Positions 8,595 to 17,020 of a DNA stretch of 36,331 nucleotides are shown here, piece by piece. The stretch's first letter is position 1. Each line of letters starts with the position of its first letter. Origin of the DNA: Acidimicrobiia bacterium (GTDB taxonomy: Bacteria > Actinomycetota > Acidimicrobiia > Spongiisociales > JAOTWH01); contig JBFJZV010000002.1 of the NCBI GenBank assembly GCA_041621915.1, forward strand, positions 1-36,331, given 5' to 3'. The notes under the pieces are model-generated. The model worked only from the letters and a program-made list of their open reading frames with translations. It made no database searches and had not been told where the DNA came from. The position numbers and the translations under genes were made by a program.

Positions 8595-9602
8595 TCACCT
8601 GCGGCCGGCGAGCCCACGGTGGGCCGCCGGCCGCTCTCCGTCTGGCGTGACCCGGGGCCGCTCGGTCCGGAAGAACCGGAAGAAGCTCCACGTGGCCAGC
8701 GCAGTCAGGAGATGCCAGATCGCGTGCGCCTGCACGACGGAGTCCGGGGCGCACCACTCGTGCTCGGCTGTGCCGGTCAACCAGATGGCGTAGGCGGCGA
8801 GGAACGACCCCACCCCCAGCCAGAACCACGGCACGTAGCGGCGCCGCGCCGGGGCAGGGTGGCGGGCGGCGAGCCCCGGCAGCCACATCGCGGCCATCCA
8901 CCAGTACTCACCGGGCGCAGCGGCCATGTCGGCGGGGGTGATGCCGAACACCGCGGCGACGGCGAACCCCACCAGCCCCGACGTCCACCGGAAGCCCGGC
9001 GACCACCAGCGGTACAAGGCCTCCGACACCAGCCACAGCCCGATCGAGGCCCCGAACAGGTCGAGGCCGATGCCGAGGTCCGGGCCGAAGAACCAGTAGC
9101 CAGCCGCGTAGGCGGCCAGCAGGCTGCCGTAGGTCCGGAACAGGGCGCGGTCGGTCCAGCGCCCAAGCGCCGCCACGTTCACCAGCCACGGGATCAGGAT
9201 GAACCCCACCATGGAGACGTTGTCGATCCACGCCCCGAAGAAGGTGTGGGTGCCGTGCATCACCATCGACCCGGGCCCCAGGAACACGACCGCCGCCGCA
9301 TAGAGCAGCGCCACCGACTGATTGCCGACGAACCGGTTGACGTGCGGCCGACCCGCCGTTTCGTCACGGGCCAGCACGGCGAACATGGCCAGCCCGGCGA
9401 CGACGAACCCGAGGTTGCCGAGGGTGTTCACCGGCTCCCGCAGGAACCCGCCGCTCACCCGCTCACACCAGCGGGACACCTCGCCGATCGCCTGCTCGTT
9501 GGCCGCCGGCGGCCCCCACCCTGCGATGCCGGCCAGCCCGAAGGCCGCCCCAAACGCCACCAAAGCGCCGGCGGCGACCGCGAGGGGGGTCGTGGTGCGC
9601 AC
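8595..9602 (-). CDS. ceramidase-like (alkaline ceramidase/PF05875-type) integral membrane protein
   Basis: Multi-pass membrane protein with REPVNTLGNLGF, GPGSMVMHGTHT..DNVSM and C-terminal HAIWHLLTALA. This is the EPxNTxSN / GSxxxH / HxxWH pattern of the ceramidase family. The GTG start at 9602 is inferred. Track ORF 8595..11189 extends upstream as antisense of the CE4 gene. Confidence 0.7.
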   Translation of the reverse strand: MRTTTPLAVAAGALVAFGAAFGLAGIAGWGPPAANEQAIGEVSRWCERVSGGFLREPVNTLGNLGFVVAGLAMFAVLARDETAGRPHVNRFVGNQSVALLYAAAVVFLGPGSMVMHGTHTFFGAWIDNVSMVGFILIPWLVNVAALGRWTDRALFRTYGSLLAAYAAGYWFFGPDLGIGLDLFGASIGLWLVSEALYRWWSPGFRWTSGLVGFAVAAVFGITPADMAAAPGEYWWMAAMWLPGLAARHPAPARRRYVPWFWLGVGSFLAAYAIWLTGTAEHEWCAPDSVVQAHAIWHLLTALATWSFFRFFRTERPRVTPDGERPAAHRGLAGRR

Positions 9603-9785
9603 GGCGTCACGGTAACCACACCGCCGCCACTGCTCTTCGTACACGAAATGACTACCGGTTGCGCGGACAAGGCCCGGTCGGAGTGATATCGTGCGGCTTG
9701 CGGGGGAGTCTGCTCGTAGCGCACGCAGCATGCGTTGCCTTCGGCAGTCCGGCGCACGTGAGGCAAGCACAGGGGAGTGTCGGAC

Positions 9786-11258
9786 ATGGATTACGCGGCC
9801 CGCCGCGTGCGACGCCGTCGGCTCGCGACCGCGGCCTGCATCGCCCTGGCCTCGATGGTCCCGGTCGCGACCGCGCCTGGGGCGACCGCACGGGCCGCCG
9901 GTGAGGGATGCCCCTCCGGGCCGGTGGCGTTCACCTTCGACGACGGTCCGGTGCCCGGACGGACCGATCGGGTGCTCGACGTGCTGGCTTCGTACCAGGT
10001 GCGAGCCACGTTCTTCGTCAACGGGCACAACTTCGACCGCGACCCGAAGGTCGTGCAGCGCATTGCGGCGGAAGGCCATGTGATCGCCAACCACACGTGG
10101 GGCCATACCCAGCTCGCCCGGGCCGCCGATGCAACGATCCGGCGTGAGGTGCTCCGCAACGTCGAGTCTGCCGAGGCAGCGGGGGTCACCATGGTGCCGT
10201 TGGTGCGGCCGCCCGGCGGATCGACCAGCGCCCGGGTCGAAGCCGTGCTCCGCGATCTCGGCATGACGCAGGTCATGTGGACGGTCGACCCTCAGGACTG
10301 GCGGGGCCACTCGGCGTCCACACTCGTCGGCCACGTACTGCCCCGCCTGTACTCGGGCGCCAACGTGCTGTTCCACGACGCCAGCCCGGCGAGCCAGGTG
10401 GCGCAGGCTCTCCCGGCGATCCTGACCGCCATGGCCGAGCGGGGCTTCTGCCCCGGCCTGTTCGACGCCGACGGGGTGGTTGTGCCTGCCGCCCATCTCG
10501 AGCCCGTACCCGTCGACCCGGGACCGGCATGTGTGGGGCCGGCGCCTTGCGACACGCTCGGGTTCATCGACGCCGCAGCCCGCTGGCAGGTGTTCGACGG
10601 GTTCGCTCAGGGCGCCGAGGCCCACACGTTCACCTTCGGGAACCCGGGCGATCGGCCGTTGGCAGGCGACTGGGACTGCGACGGGGTCGAGACCCCGGGC
10701 GTGTACCGGCCCTCCACCGGCCAGGTGCACCTGCGGAACTCCCTCTCGCCGGGCACCGCCGACCTCTCGTTCACGTTCGGCGACCCGGGCGACGTGCTGC
10801 TCGCCGGCGACTGGGACGGCGACGGCTGTGACACGCTCGCCGCATACCGCAGGTCGGAAGCCCGCATGTATGTCACCGACCGCCTCGGGGCCGGCTCGGC
10901 CGAGACGGTGTTCACGTTCGGCGACCCGGGCGACGTGCCGTTCGTGGGTGACTTCGACGGCGACGGGCGAACCGATCTCGCTCTCCACCGCCCGACCACC
11001 GGGCTGATCGCCTGGCGACTCGAGCAGCGGGCCGGTCCCGCCGACGGCGGGTTCACCTACGGGAACCCCGGCGACCGGGTCGTGGCGGGCGACTGGGACG
11101 GCGACGGGATCGACACGCCGGCCGCCTACCGGCCCTCGACCGGCGTCTGGTACGCCAAGCTGACCAACACGGGCGGCGCAGCCGATCACACCGTGCGTCT
11201 TGCGGCGCCGGCGGCGGTCACGTTCGTGGTCGGGGCGTTCGGCTTGCCGCCGGGCTGA
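9786..11258 (+). CDS. secreted polysaccharide deacetylase (CE4/NodB domain) with C-terminal FG-GAP/VCBS-like 'GDWDGDG' repeat module
   Basis: AGGGGAG (9771-9777) lies 8 nt upstream of ATG 9786. A signal peptide is present. NodB motifs are FTFDDGP, NHTWGH and RPPGG. From about 10560 there are four repeats of F-x-FG-x-PGD-x4-GDWDGDG-x-DT-x3-YR, ending in VGAFGL. Confidence 0.9.
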   Translation: MDYAARRVRRRRLATAACIALASMVPVATAPGATARAAGEGCPSGPVAFTFDDGPVPGRTDRVLDVLASYQVRATFFVNGHNFDRDPKVVQRIAAEGHVIANHTWGHTQLARAADATIRREVLRNVESAEAAGVTMVPLVRPPGGSTSARVEAVLRDLGMTQVMWTVDPQDWRGHSASTLVGHVLPRLYSGANVLFHDASPASQVAQALPAILTAMAERGFCPGLFDADGVVVPAAHLEPVPVDPGPACVGPAPCDTLGFIDAAARWQVFDGFAQGAEAHTFTFGNPGDRPLAGDWDCDGVETPGVYRPSTGQVHLRNSLSPGTADLSFTFGDPGDVLLAGDWDGDGCDTLAAYRRSEARMYVTDRLGAGSAETVFTFGDPGDVPFVGDFDGDGRTDLALHRPTTGLIAWRLEQRAGPADGGFTYGNPGDRVVAGDWDGDGIDTPAAYRPSTGVWYAKLTNTGGAADHTVRLAAPAAVTFVVGAFGLPPG

Positions 11259-11293
11259 TGCGGTAACCGCAGGCCGCGCCTACGCTTGAGGCG

Positions 11294-12748
11294 ATGGGAC
11301 TTCGACCGGCGGAAGCGAGGAGCCGGCGCAAGAGGGCGGGGGCGATCGCGGTGCTGGTGGCTGTGATGCTGCTTGCAGCGCCGCCGGCCCTCGCGGCGTC
11401 GGACATCGGCCTCGTCGATCCCGCCGACGGTCGCTGGCACCTCAGGGACGCCGGCACCGGGCTCGTGACGAGCTTCTTCTACGGCGACCCGGGGGACGTG
11501 CCGTTCACGGGCGACTGGGACTGCGACGGGGTCGACACCCCCGGGCTCTTCCGACCGTCGGACGCCTTCGCGTACCTCCGCGACGCCAACTCGACGGGCA
11601 TCGCCGGCATCCGCTTCTTCTTCGGGAACCCGTCCGACGTGCCGCTGGCCGGTGACTTCGACGGCGACGGCTGCGACACGGTCTCGCTGTACCGGCCGGC
11701 CGAACAGCGGTTCTACATCGTCAACGAGCTAGGCAGCGACGACGGCGGCCTGGGCGCCGCCGACTACACCTTCGACTTCGGCAACCCGGGCGACACGCCG
11801 TTCGTTGGCGACTTCGACGGTGACGGCGTCGACGAGGTCGGTCTCCACCGGCAGTCGACCGGCCTCGTCTACTTCGAGGACGCGCTGACGCCCAACGCGG
11901 GCGGCGGCGCCGCGGACCACGAGTTCATCTTCGGGGACCCCGGCGACCGCTTCGTCGCCGGCGACTGGACCGGCGCCGGGAACTCGACGCCGGCGGTGTT
12001 CCGGCCCACCGACTGCACCTTCTACCTCAAGCACGCCAACTCGCTCGGCGTCGCCGACGACACCGTCGCTTTCGGCGAGCCCGCCTGGCTGCCGGTCGCC
12101 GGCGATTTCGGCCTCACCGGGGGCGCCCCGCCCGGCCCGCCATGCCCGCAGCCGCCCGCTGCGTTCTCGGCGACCTACCGGCTGACGTTCACGTCCACGT
12201 GGAGCGCCGCCACCCATCCGGTCAGCTTCCCGGCCGTCCCGCACTTCTCGGGACTCATCGGCGGCGCCCACGACGCCCGGGTCAGCTTCTGGGAGTCGGG
12301 CGGGCAGGCCAGCCAGGGCATCGAGGACATGGCGGAGCTGGGCTCCAAGACGGCGCTCCGGGCGGAGGTCGAGGCGGCCATCGCAGCCGGCACGGCCCGC
12401 TCCGTGATCTCGGGCGGCGGCATCGGGCTGTCGCCAGGCTCGGTCGCCGTCACCTTCACGGTCGATCGCGACCACCCGCTCGCCACCGTCGTCGCGATGC
12501 TCGCCCCGAGCCCCGACTGGTTCGTCGGCGTGTCCGGGCTGGATCTCTTCGAGGGCGGCACCTGGGCCGAGCGCAAAGTGGTGACGCTCTACGGCTACGA
12601 CGCCGGCACCGACAGCGGTCCCAGCTACGGGTCGCCCGACGCCGACACCGACCCGGCGGAGCCGATCGCCCGGCTCGACACCCCGCCGGTGGGCAACGGC
12701 GCCCCGGTGGGCGAGTACGTCTTCGAGCTGGTATCGGTAGGTCCCTGA
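11294..12748 (+). CDS. secreted repeat-module protein with C-terminal spondin_N domain
   Basis: The signal peptide ends in ALAAS. Five FGxPGD..GD(W/F)DGDG repeats span about 11400-12115. After a PPGPPCPQPP linker comes a spondin_N-like domain (YRLTFTSTWSAATHP..HFSGLIGGAH..AELGS..MLAPSPDWFVGV..GYDAGTDSGPSYGSPD). Confidence 0.9.
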   Translation: MGLRPAEARSRRKRAGAIAVLVAVMLLAAPPALAASDIGLVDPADGRWHLRDAGTGLVTSFFYGDPGDVPFTGDWDCDGVDTPGLFRPSDAFAYLRDANSTGIAGIRFFFGNPSDVPLAGDFDGDGCDTVSLYRPAEQRFYIVNELGSDDGGLGAADYTFDFGNPGDTPFVGDFDGDGVDEVGLHRQSTGLVYFEDALTPNAGGGAADHEFIFGDPGDRFVAGDWTGAGNSTPAVFRPTDCTFYLKHANSLGVADDTVAFGEPAWLPVAGDFGLTGGAPPGPPCPQPPAAFSATYRLTFTSTWSAATHPVSFPAVPHFSGLIGGAHDARVSFWESGGQASQGIEDMAELGSKTALRAEVEAAIAAGTARSVISGGGIGLSPGSVAVTFTVDRDHPLATVVAMLAPSPDWFVGVSGLDLFEGGTWAERKVVTLYGYDAGTDSGPSYGSPDADTDPAEPIARLDTPPVGNGAPVGEYVFELVSVGP

Positions 12749-12767
12749 CCAGGCGGCGGCGCCGGGC

Positions 12768-13208
12768 TCAGCCCACGGGCTCGATGTCGAATCGGGCCAT
12801 GATCGACATCACGCGTTCCATGTCGGGCTCGCCGGGCCCGAGTTCCGCCAGCGCCGCCACGAACGCGGCGATGCCGGGTGCCGGCCACTGCCATGCCAGC
12901 ACCCGGGCCGGTTCGGTGCCGTGGTTGGTGAACCCGTGGGCTACCCCCCTCCCGGCGTAGGCGACGGTGCCTGCCGCCACCTTGTGCTCGTCGTCGCCGA
13001 TCGTGGCGGTCAGCTCGCCCGACAGCACGTAGAACGCCTCGTCGCTGTTGCGGTGGATGTGCTCGGGGAAGGGGTTGCCCGGCAGGAAGTCGACCTCGAT
13101 GACGTCGATCGACCCGCCGGTGTCGTCGCTCCCGACGCGCAGCAGCACTGGCGTGCCGAGCACGTCGAACGCCGAACCTTCGCCGGGAAGTGCCAGGAAC
13201 CCGCTCAT
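12768..13208 (-). CDS. cupin domain protein
   Basis: 146 aa, with GAGGAGG upstream of the ATG. The cupin motifs are PEHIHRNSDEAFYVLSGE and GVAHGFTN. Confidence 0.8.
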   Translation of the reverse strand: MSGFLALPGEGSAFDVLGTPVLLRVGSDDTGGSIDVIEVDFLPGNPFPEHIHRNSDEAFYVLSGELTATIGDDEHKVAAGTVAYAGRGVAHGFTNHGTEPARVLAWQWPAPGIAAFVAALAELGPGEPDMERVMSIMARFDIEPVG

Positions 13209-13263
13209 GGGGGCCTCCTCAGCTCGGGCGCCGGAGCGGCGCCGCTCGACGCGATGCTACGCC

Positions 13264-15621
13264 TCAGATGCGCACGGTGCCTGCGCTGCCGTCGACGGTG
13301 ACCGTGGCTCCGTCGGCGATGCGCGACGTCGCGTTCCCCGTGGCGAGAACCGATGGGATGGCGAACTCTCGGGCGAGCATCGCGGTGTGGCTGAGTGGCC
13401 CACCGGCGTCGCAGACGAAGGCGCCGGCGATGCCGAAGAGCACCGACCACGCCGGGTTGGTGATCGCGCAGACGACCACGTCGCCGGGCTGCACGCGGTG
13501 GAAGTCGGCTTCGGTGCGCACGACACGCGCCGTGCCGGTGTGGCGGCCGATGCCGCCGGCGAGGCCGCGCACCACGTCGCCGTCGGCCTCCCCGGCCGTG
13601 ATCGGCGCGAACTCCTGCTCCATCCCCCACAGCAGCGCACCGTTGATCCGCCGCCCGGCGGCCGGCAGGCCGCGGATGTCGGGTGGGGCGCTCGGCTCGG
13701 GCCCGATGCGGGCGGGGCCGGGGTGGGCGGCCACCCAGGCCCGTTCGGCGCTCCGCCGCCGCACCAGCGGCTGGAGGCCGCTCGGCCGGGCCAGCGCCTC
13801 CACCGCCTCGTCCCAGGCGAGGTAGAAGACGTCCGCTTCGGCACCGAGGGCACCGGCCGCGGCCAGCCGCCGGCCGATCTCGAGGCAGGCGCGCCGCAGC
13901 AGCGCCGCCGGCACGAGGGTGGTCAGGTAGACGTTGTCCTCGCGCACTGGGTAGACCTCGCGGGCCCGCGCCAGCAGCTCGTCGAAGCGGGCCGCGTCGG
14001 GCGGGGAGAGCCGCGCCCGCGCCTCGGCCTCGGTTGCGGCGGCGTCCTGCAGCTCGGTGCCGGAGGCGAGCTCGGACCGGATCATCCGCCCGATCAGGTC
14101 GGGCCGTTCGGCCAGGGTGGGCGAGGCGAAGTCGTAGTGCAGGGTCCGGAACCCGTAGCGGTCGATCCAAGCGTCGAGGGCGGCGGCGATGTCCGGGTCG
14201 GCGGCTCGCAGCCGCGCCACGAGGTCGCCGTCGGGGCCGTCGAGCGCCGCCCGGGCCGGCGTCGAGGCATGGATCTGGTCGACGACGCCGCGCAGGGCCG
14301 TGGTCGGCTCCGACGAGGCCGCCGAGCGGCCCGCCAGGAGTCGCATCGCGCGGCTGGCGTCCCATCCGAGCCAGCCCTCGCACGCCGCCACGAGCTCGTG
14401 CAGGCGCACCAGGTAGGGCACGAAGAGGTCGAAATGGACGTCGTGCGATCGATCGGCCAACGCGAACACCTCGTCCACGTGCGCGAGCAGGCCGGCGTCG
14501 TCCAGCGCGCCCACGTCGACCTTGCGCAGGCCAGCGATTGCGGCCGCCAGCTCCGGCTTCCAGCGCCCCTCCCACACCTCGTGGGGCGCCCGGAACACGC
14601 CGCCGGCGATGAAGTCCTCGGCGGCGGCCATGCGGCGACGCATCGCCGGATGGAGGCGCGCCACGATCGCGACCACCCACCACGGCGGGGTGGGGCCGCC
14701 TTCCTTGCCACCGAAGGGGACCGGGCGGAGATACAGCTCGCCGCCGCGCACGACGTGATCGAGGCCGTCGATGAGGAGCCCGGTGCGGCTCGCCCAGCGG
14801 GTGACCGCGTTTGCGTCCCGCCCGAGGAGCGAGGCAGCCAGCGGGCTGAGCGGGACGGGGTGGTGGGTGGCGTCCTTCTCCCAGGTGCCGGCCGGCAGGT
14901 TGGGCAGCTCGGGGCGGCGGGGGAGCGCGGTGATCGGGCGCGCCTGCAGCAGCCACAGCTCGGTGCCGTCATGGGCCCACTCGACGTCGACGGGCGCTCC
15001 GAGCCGGCTCGCGACGCGCTCTGCCAGCTCGGCGATCTCGAGCACCAGGCTGGGGTCGAGGGCGGCGGCAGGGCTCGCCCGCAGCTCGGGCCTGCCGGCC
15101 TGCACGACCCACTCCTCGCCGGCAGCCTCGCCGGCGAGCAAGCGGTCGGCCAGGCCGGGAACTGCCGAGACCACGACCTCGTCGTCTCCCGTCACCGGGT
15201 TCGCCGAGAAGGCGACGCCGGCGGCCGTCGCGGGGATCATGGGCTGCACGAGCACGGCGATCGGGGCGCCGTTGGCCGAGGCGATCACGTCCTGCGCGGC
15301 CGCCAGCACGGCCGCGCCGTCCGCCGCCACCTCGAGGACGCTGGTGTACTGCCCGGCGTAGGACTCGTCGGCCAGGTCCTCGGCGACGGCCGAAGAGCGG
15401 ACCGCAACCTCGGCGGCGCCGAGCGCGGCCAGCGCCTCGTCCATGCCGTTGGCGGCGGCCGCCTCCGCTCCTACGGAAAGAACGATCCCGGCGGGCACCC
15501 GCTCCCCGGCCGCAAGCAGCCGCGCGAGCGTGGCCGCCTTGGTGCCGGCGACTTCCGGGTCAGTGCAGGTGTCGAGGGGGCGCACGGCGTCAGCCTGCCA
15601 TGTCGCAATGTCAGGCGCCAC
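13264..15621 (-). CDS. PEP/pyruvate-binding plus PEP-utilising swivel-His domain protein (rifampicin phosphotransferase / PEP synthase-like architecture)
   Basis: N-terminal ATP-grasp motifs are AGTKAATLARL, VAVRSSAVAEDL..SYAGQY and VDVEWAHDG.ELWLLQARPIT. The C-terminal mobile domain is GTARVV..GDVVVCAITNPAWSVLF..AGGPLSHTAMLAREFAIPSV. Start is GTG 15621 (alternative GTG 15585), and it overlaps the upstream gene's stop by 11 nt. Confidence 0.85.
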   Translation of the reverse strand: MAPDIATWQADAVRPLDTCTDPEVAGTKAATLARLLAAGERVPAGIVLSVGAEAAAANGMDEALAALGAAEVAVRSSAVAEDLADESYAGQYTSVLEVAADGAAVLAAAQDVIASANGAPIAVLVQPMIPATAAGVAFSANPVTGDDEVVVSAVPGLADRLLAGEAAGEEWVVQAGRPELRASPAAALDPSLVLEIAELAERVASRLGAPVDVEWAHDGTELWLLQARPITALPRRPELPNLPAGTWEKDATHHPVPLSPLAASLLGRDANAVTRWASRTGLLIDGLDHVVRGGELYLRPVPFGGKEGGPTPPWWVVAIVARLHPAMRRRMAAAEDFIAGGVFRAPHEVWEGRWKPELAAAIAGLRKVDVGALDDAGLLAHVDEVFALADRSHDVHFDLFVPYLVRLHELVAACEGWLGWDASRAMRLLAGRSAASSEPTTALRGVVDQIHASTPARAALDGPDGDLVARLRAADPDIAAALDAWIDRYGFRTLHYDFASPTLAERPDLIGRMIRSELASGTELQDAAATEAEARARLSPPDAARFDELLARAREVYPVREDNVYLTTLVPAALLRRACLEIGRRLAAAGALGAEADVFYLAWDEAVEALARPSGLQPLVRRRSAERAWVAAHPGPARIGPEPSAPPDIRGLPAAGRRINGALLWGMEQEFAPITAGEADGDVVRGLAGGIGRHTGTARVVRTEADFHRVQPGDVVVCAITNPAWSVLFGIAGAFVCDAGGPLSHTAMLAREFAIPSVLATGNATSRIADGATVTVDGSAGTVRI

Positions 15622-16309
15622 GGCGCACCGCCGTGATCCCCGCAGCGATGGTCCAGCCCAGCCCCACCGGGACGACCGGCATCGCCAACGAGCTGCGGGC
15701 GTCGACGAGCAACCCCACGATGGCTAGCCCGCCGGCTGCCAGCGCAACCAGGGCCCAATTGAAGAGCCACCGGGGCACCCAGGTGTCCCGTCCCGCCTGG
15801 GCGACCGCGGCGGCGCCGACGGCCACGATGAGGATGGTCGCCACCCAGTCGGCCGTGGACACGGCGTGCGCCAGCGCGGCTGCCGTCCCGACGACGGCCT
15901 CGCCGGCTGCGTGCGCCGGAGCGAGCCCGAGGACGATGCCGAGCCAAAGGCTGAAGAACACGATCGCGGCGGCGGGCCCGGCGATGTAGGCGAAGCGGGC
16001 GACCGCGGCCGCTGGCGAGTCGGCGTCCCCCAGCCGCGCCAGCAGCAGGCCGCCGATGCCGAGCAGCACCACCCCGAGGATCCAGAGTCCGAGGTTGGCA
16101 GTGAGCAGCGTGGTGCTGCCTGCAGCCTCCACCAGGTACTCGGCGACGGTGCCGTCGTCCAGCGCCGCGTCGATGTCGGCGCCCGCCGCCGCCCAGAATC
16201 CGGTCCCGGTGAGCATCGTCGCTGCCCCGGCGATGGATGTGGCGCCGGCGGCCCGGAAGTCCGCGGCGGTGCGCGACCGTGGGGTGCGGGTCTCCTGTGC
16301 GATGGCCAT
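15611..16309 (-). CDS. multi-pass membrane protein (about 6 hydrophobic segments), function unknown
   Basis: ATG 16309 is preceded by GGAGGAGGAGA. The Ala/Gly/Leu-rich hydrophobic segments are separated by short loops. It is apparently co-transcribed with the PEP-utilising enzyme gene. Confidence 0.7.
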   Translation of the reverse strand: MAIAQETRTPRSRTAADFRAAGATSIAGAATMLTGTGFWAAAGADIDAALDDGTVAEYLVEAAGSTTLLTANLGLWILGVVLLGIGGLLLARLGDADSPAAAVARFAYIAGPAAAIVFFSLWLGIVLGLAPAHAAGEAVVGTAAALAHAVSTADWVATILIVAVGAAAVAQAGRDTWVPRWLFNWALVALAAGGLAIVGLLVDARSSLAMPVVPVGLGWTIAAGITAVRRGA

Positions 16310-16330
16310 GTCTCCTCCTCCGTGCGGCCA

Positions 16331-16391
16331 ACTTGCAGTAACACTACACAACATGCAAAGATTGTGCAAGTAATGCAAGACGTGGTAAGCT
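16331..16391. promoter_or_regulatory. AT-rich divergent promoter/operator region between the membrane-protein gene and tetR
   Basis: This is the only markedly AT-rich patch for kilobases. Toward tetR: TTGTGC (16362-67), N18, TAAGCT (16386-91), then 7 nt to ATG 16399, which suggests a leaderless transcript. Toward the membrane gene (minus strand): TTGCAC (16364-69), N17, TAGTGT (16341-46). Four TGCA-centred motifs occur (cTTGCAGt, aTGCAAa, gTGCAAg, aTGCAAg). Confidence 0.4.
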
Positions 16392-16398
16392 GCGATTC

Positions 16399-17010
16399 AT
16401 GACGACGTTGCGCGACGAGCACAAGCGCATCGCCCGGGACCGGATCATGGCCGCGCTGGCCGCCGAGATCGTGGAGCGAGGCGTGCTGGAGGTCTCGGTG
16501 CCGGCGGTGGCCGCTCGGGCCGGCGTGTCGGCGCGGACCGTGTACAACTACTTCGAGAGCAAGGACGGGCTGCTGGCCGCGCTCGGGCCGTGGGCCGACG
16601 AGTACATGGAACGACTCGGCGGGGTGATGACCGCGCCCGGGCTCGATGAGCTGCCGGAGGCGGTGCGCATCAACTTTCGGACCTTGACGGAGATGGGCGA
16701 CGTCGCCGACGCGTTGGCGCGGCTGAGCGCCGCCGTCGACCCCGGCTCGCCGCTGCTCTCCAGGACCCGCGAACTGCGGGAGCTCCGGACCGAGGCCTTC
16801 GTGGCCATGGTCGTCGCCCGGCGGCCAGATCTCGACCCGGAACACGCCCGAGCGGTGGCAGCCGCCGTGCGGGTCCTGGCCAGCTTCTCCACCTGGCACC
16901 GCATGACCACGGAGCTGGGCGTCGACGCCGCCGTGGCCGGGGAAGCCGCGGCGTGGCTGGTGGAACTCGCCGTGGCCGCGCTGGAAGAGAGGCGGAGCCC
17001 GTTCGACTGA
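16399..17010 (+). CDS. TetR/AcrR family transcriptional regulator
   Basis: The N-terminal HTH is VSVPAVAARAGVSARTVYNYFESKDGLLAAL. The 203-aa length is typical, and the gene is divergent from a membrane protein gene. Confidence 0.9.
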   Translation: MTTLRDEHKRIARDRIMAALAAEIVERGVLEVSVPAVAARAGVSARTVYNYFESKDGLLAALGPWADEYMERLGGVMTAPGLDELPEAVRINFRTLTEMGDVADALARLSAAVDPGSPLLSRTRELRELRTEAFVAMVVARRPDLDPEHARAVAAAVRVLASFSTWHRMTTELGVDAAVAGEAAAWLVELAVAALEERRSPFD

Positions 17011-17020
17011 CCGGCGCCCC

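Noticed and set aside
9603-11189. Upstream two-thirds of the 864-aa minus ORF 8595..11189
   Set aside because: Only the 3' 335 codons encode the ceramidase-like membrane protein. The remainder is antisense to the CE4 repeat-module gene and has shadow-ORF composition.
10560-12115. DNA-level reiteration of ggcgactgggacggcgacgg-type units as a possible CRISPR array, mobile element or non-coding repeat
   Set aside because: The units are in frame, lie inside well-supported CDSs, have irregular spacing of about 130-140 nt and lack unique spacers. They are protein repeats (GDWDGDG blades), not CRISPR or IS repeats.
13048-15636. 862-aa plus-strand ORF, together with 13205..14956, 13683..14612 and 14094..14972
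   Set aside because: All overlap the 785-aa PEP-utilising enzyme gene, which has strong motifs at both termini. The alternatives are low-complexity Arg/Gly/Pro-rich translations.
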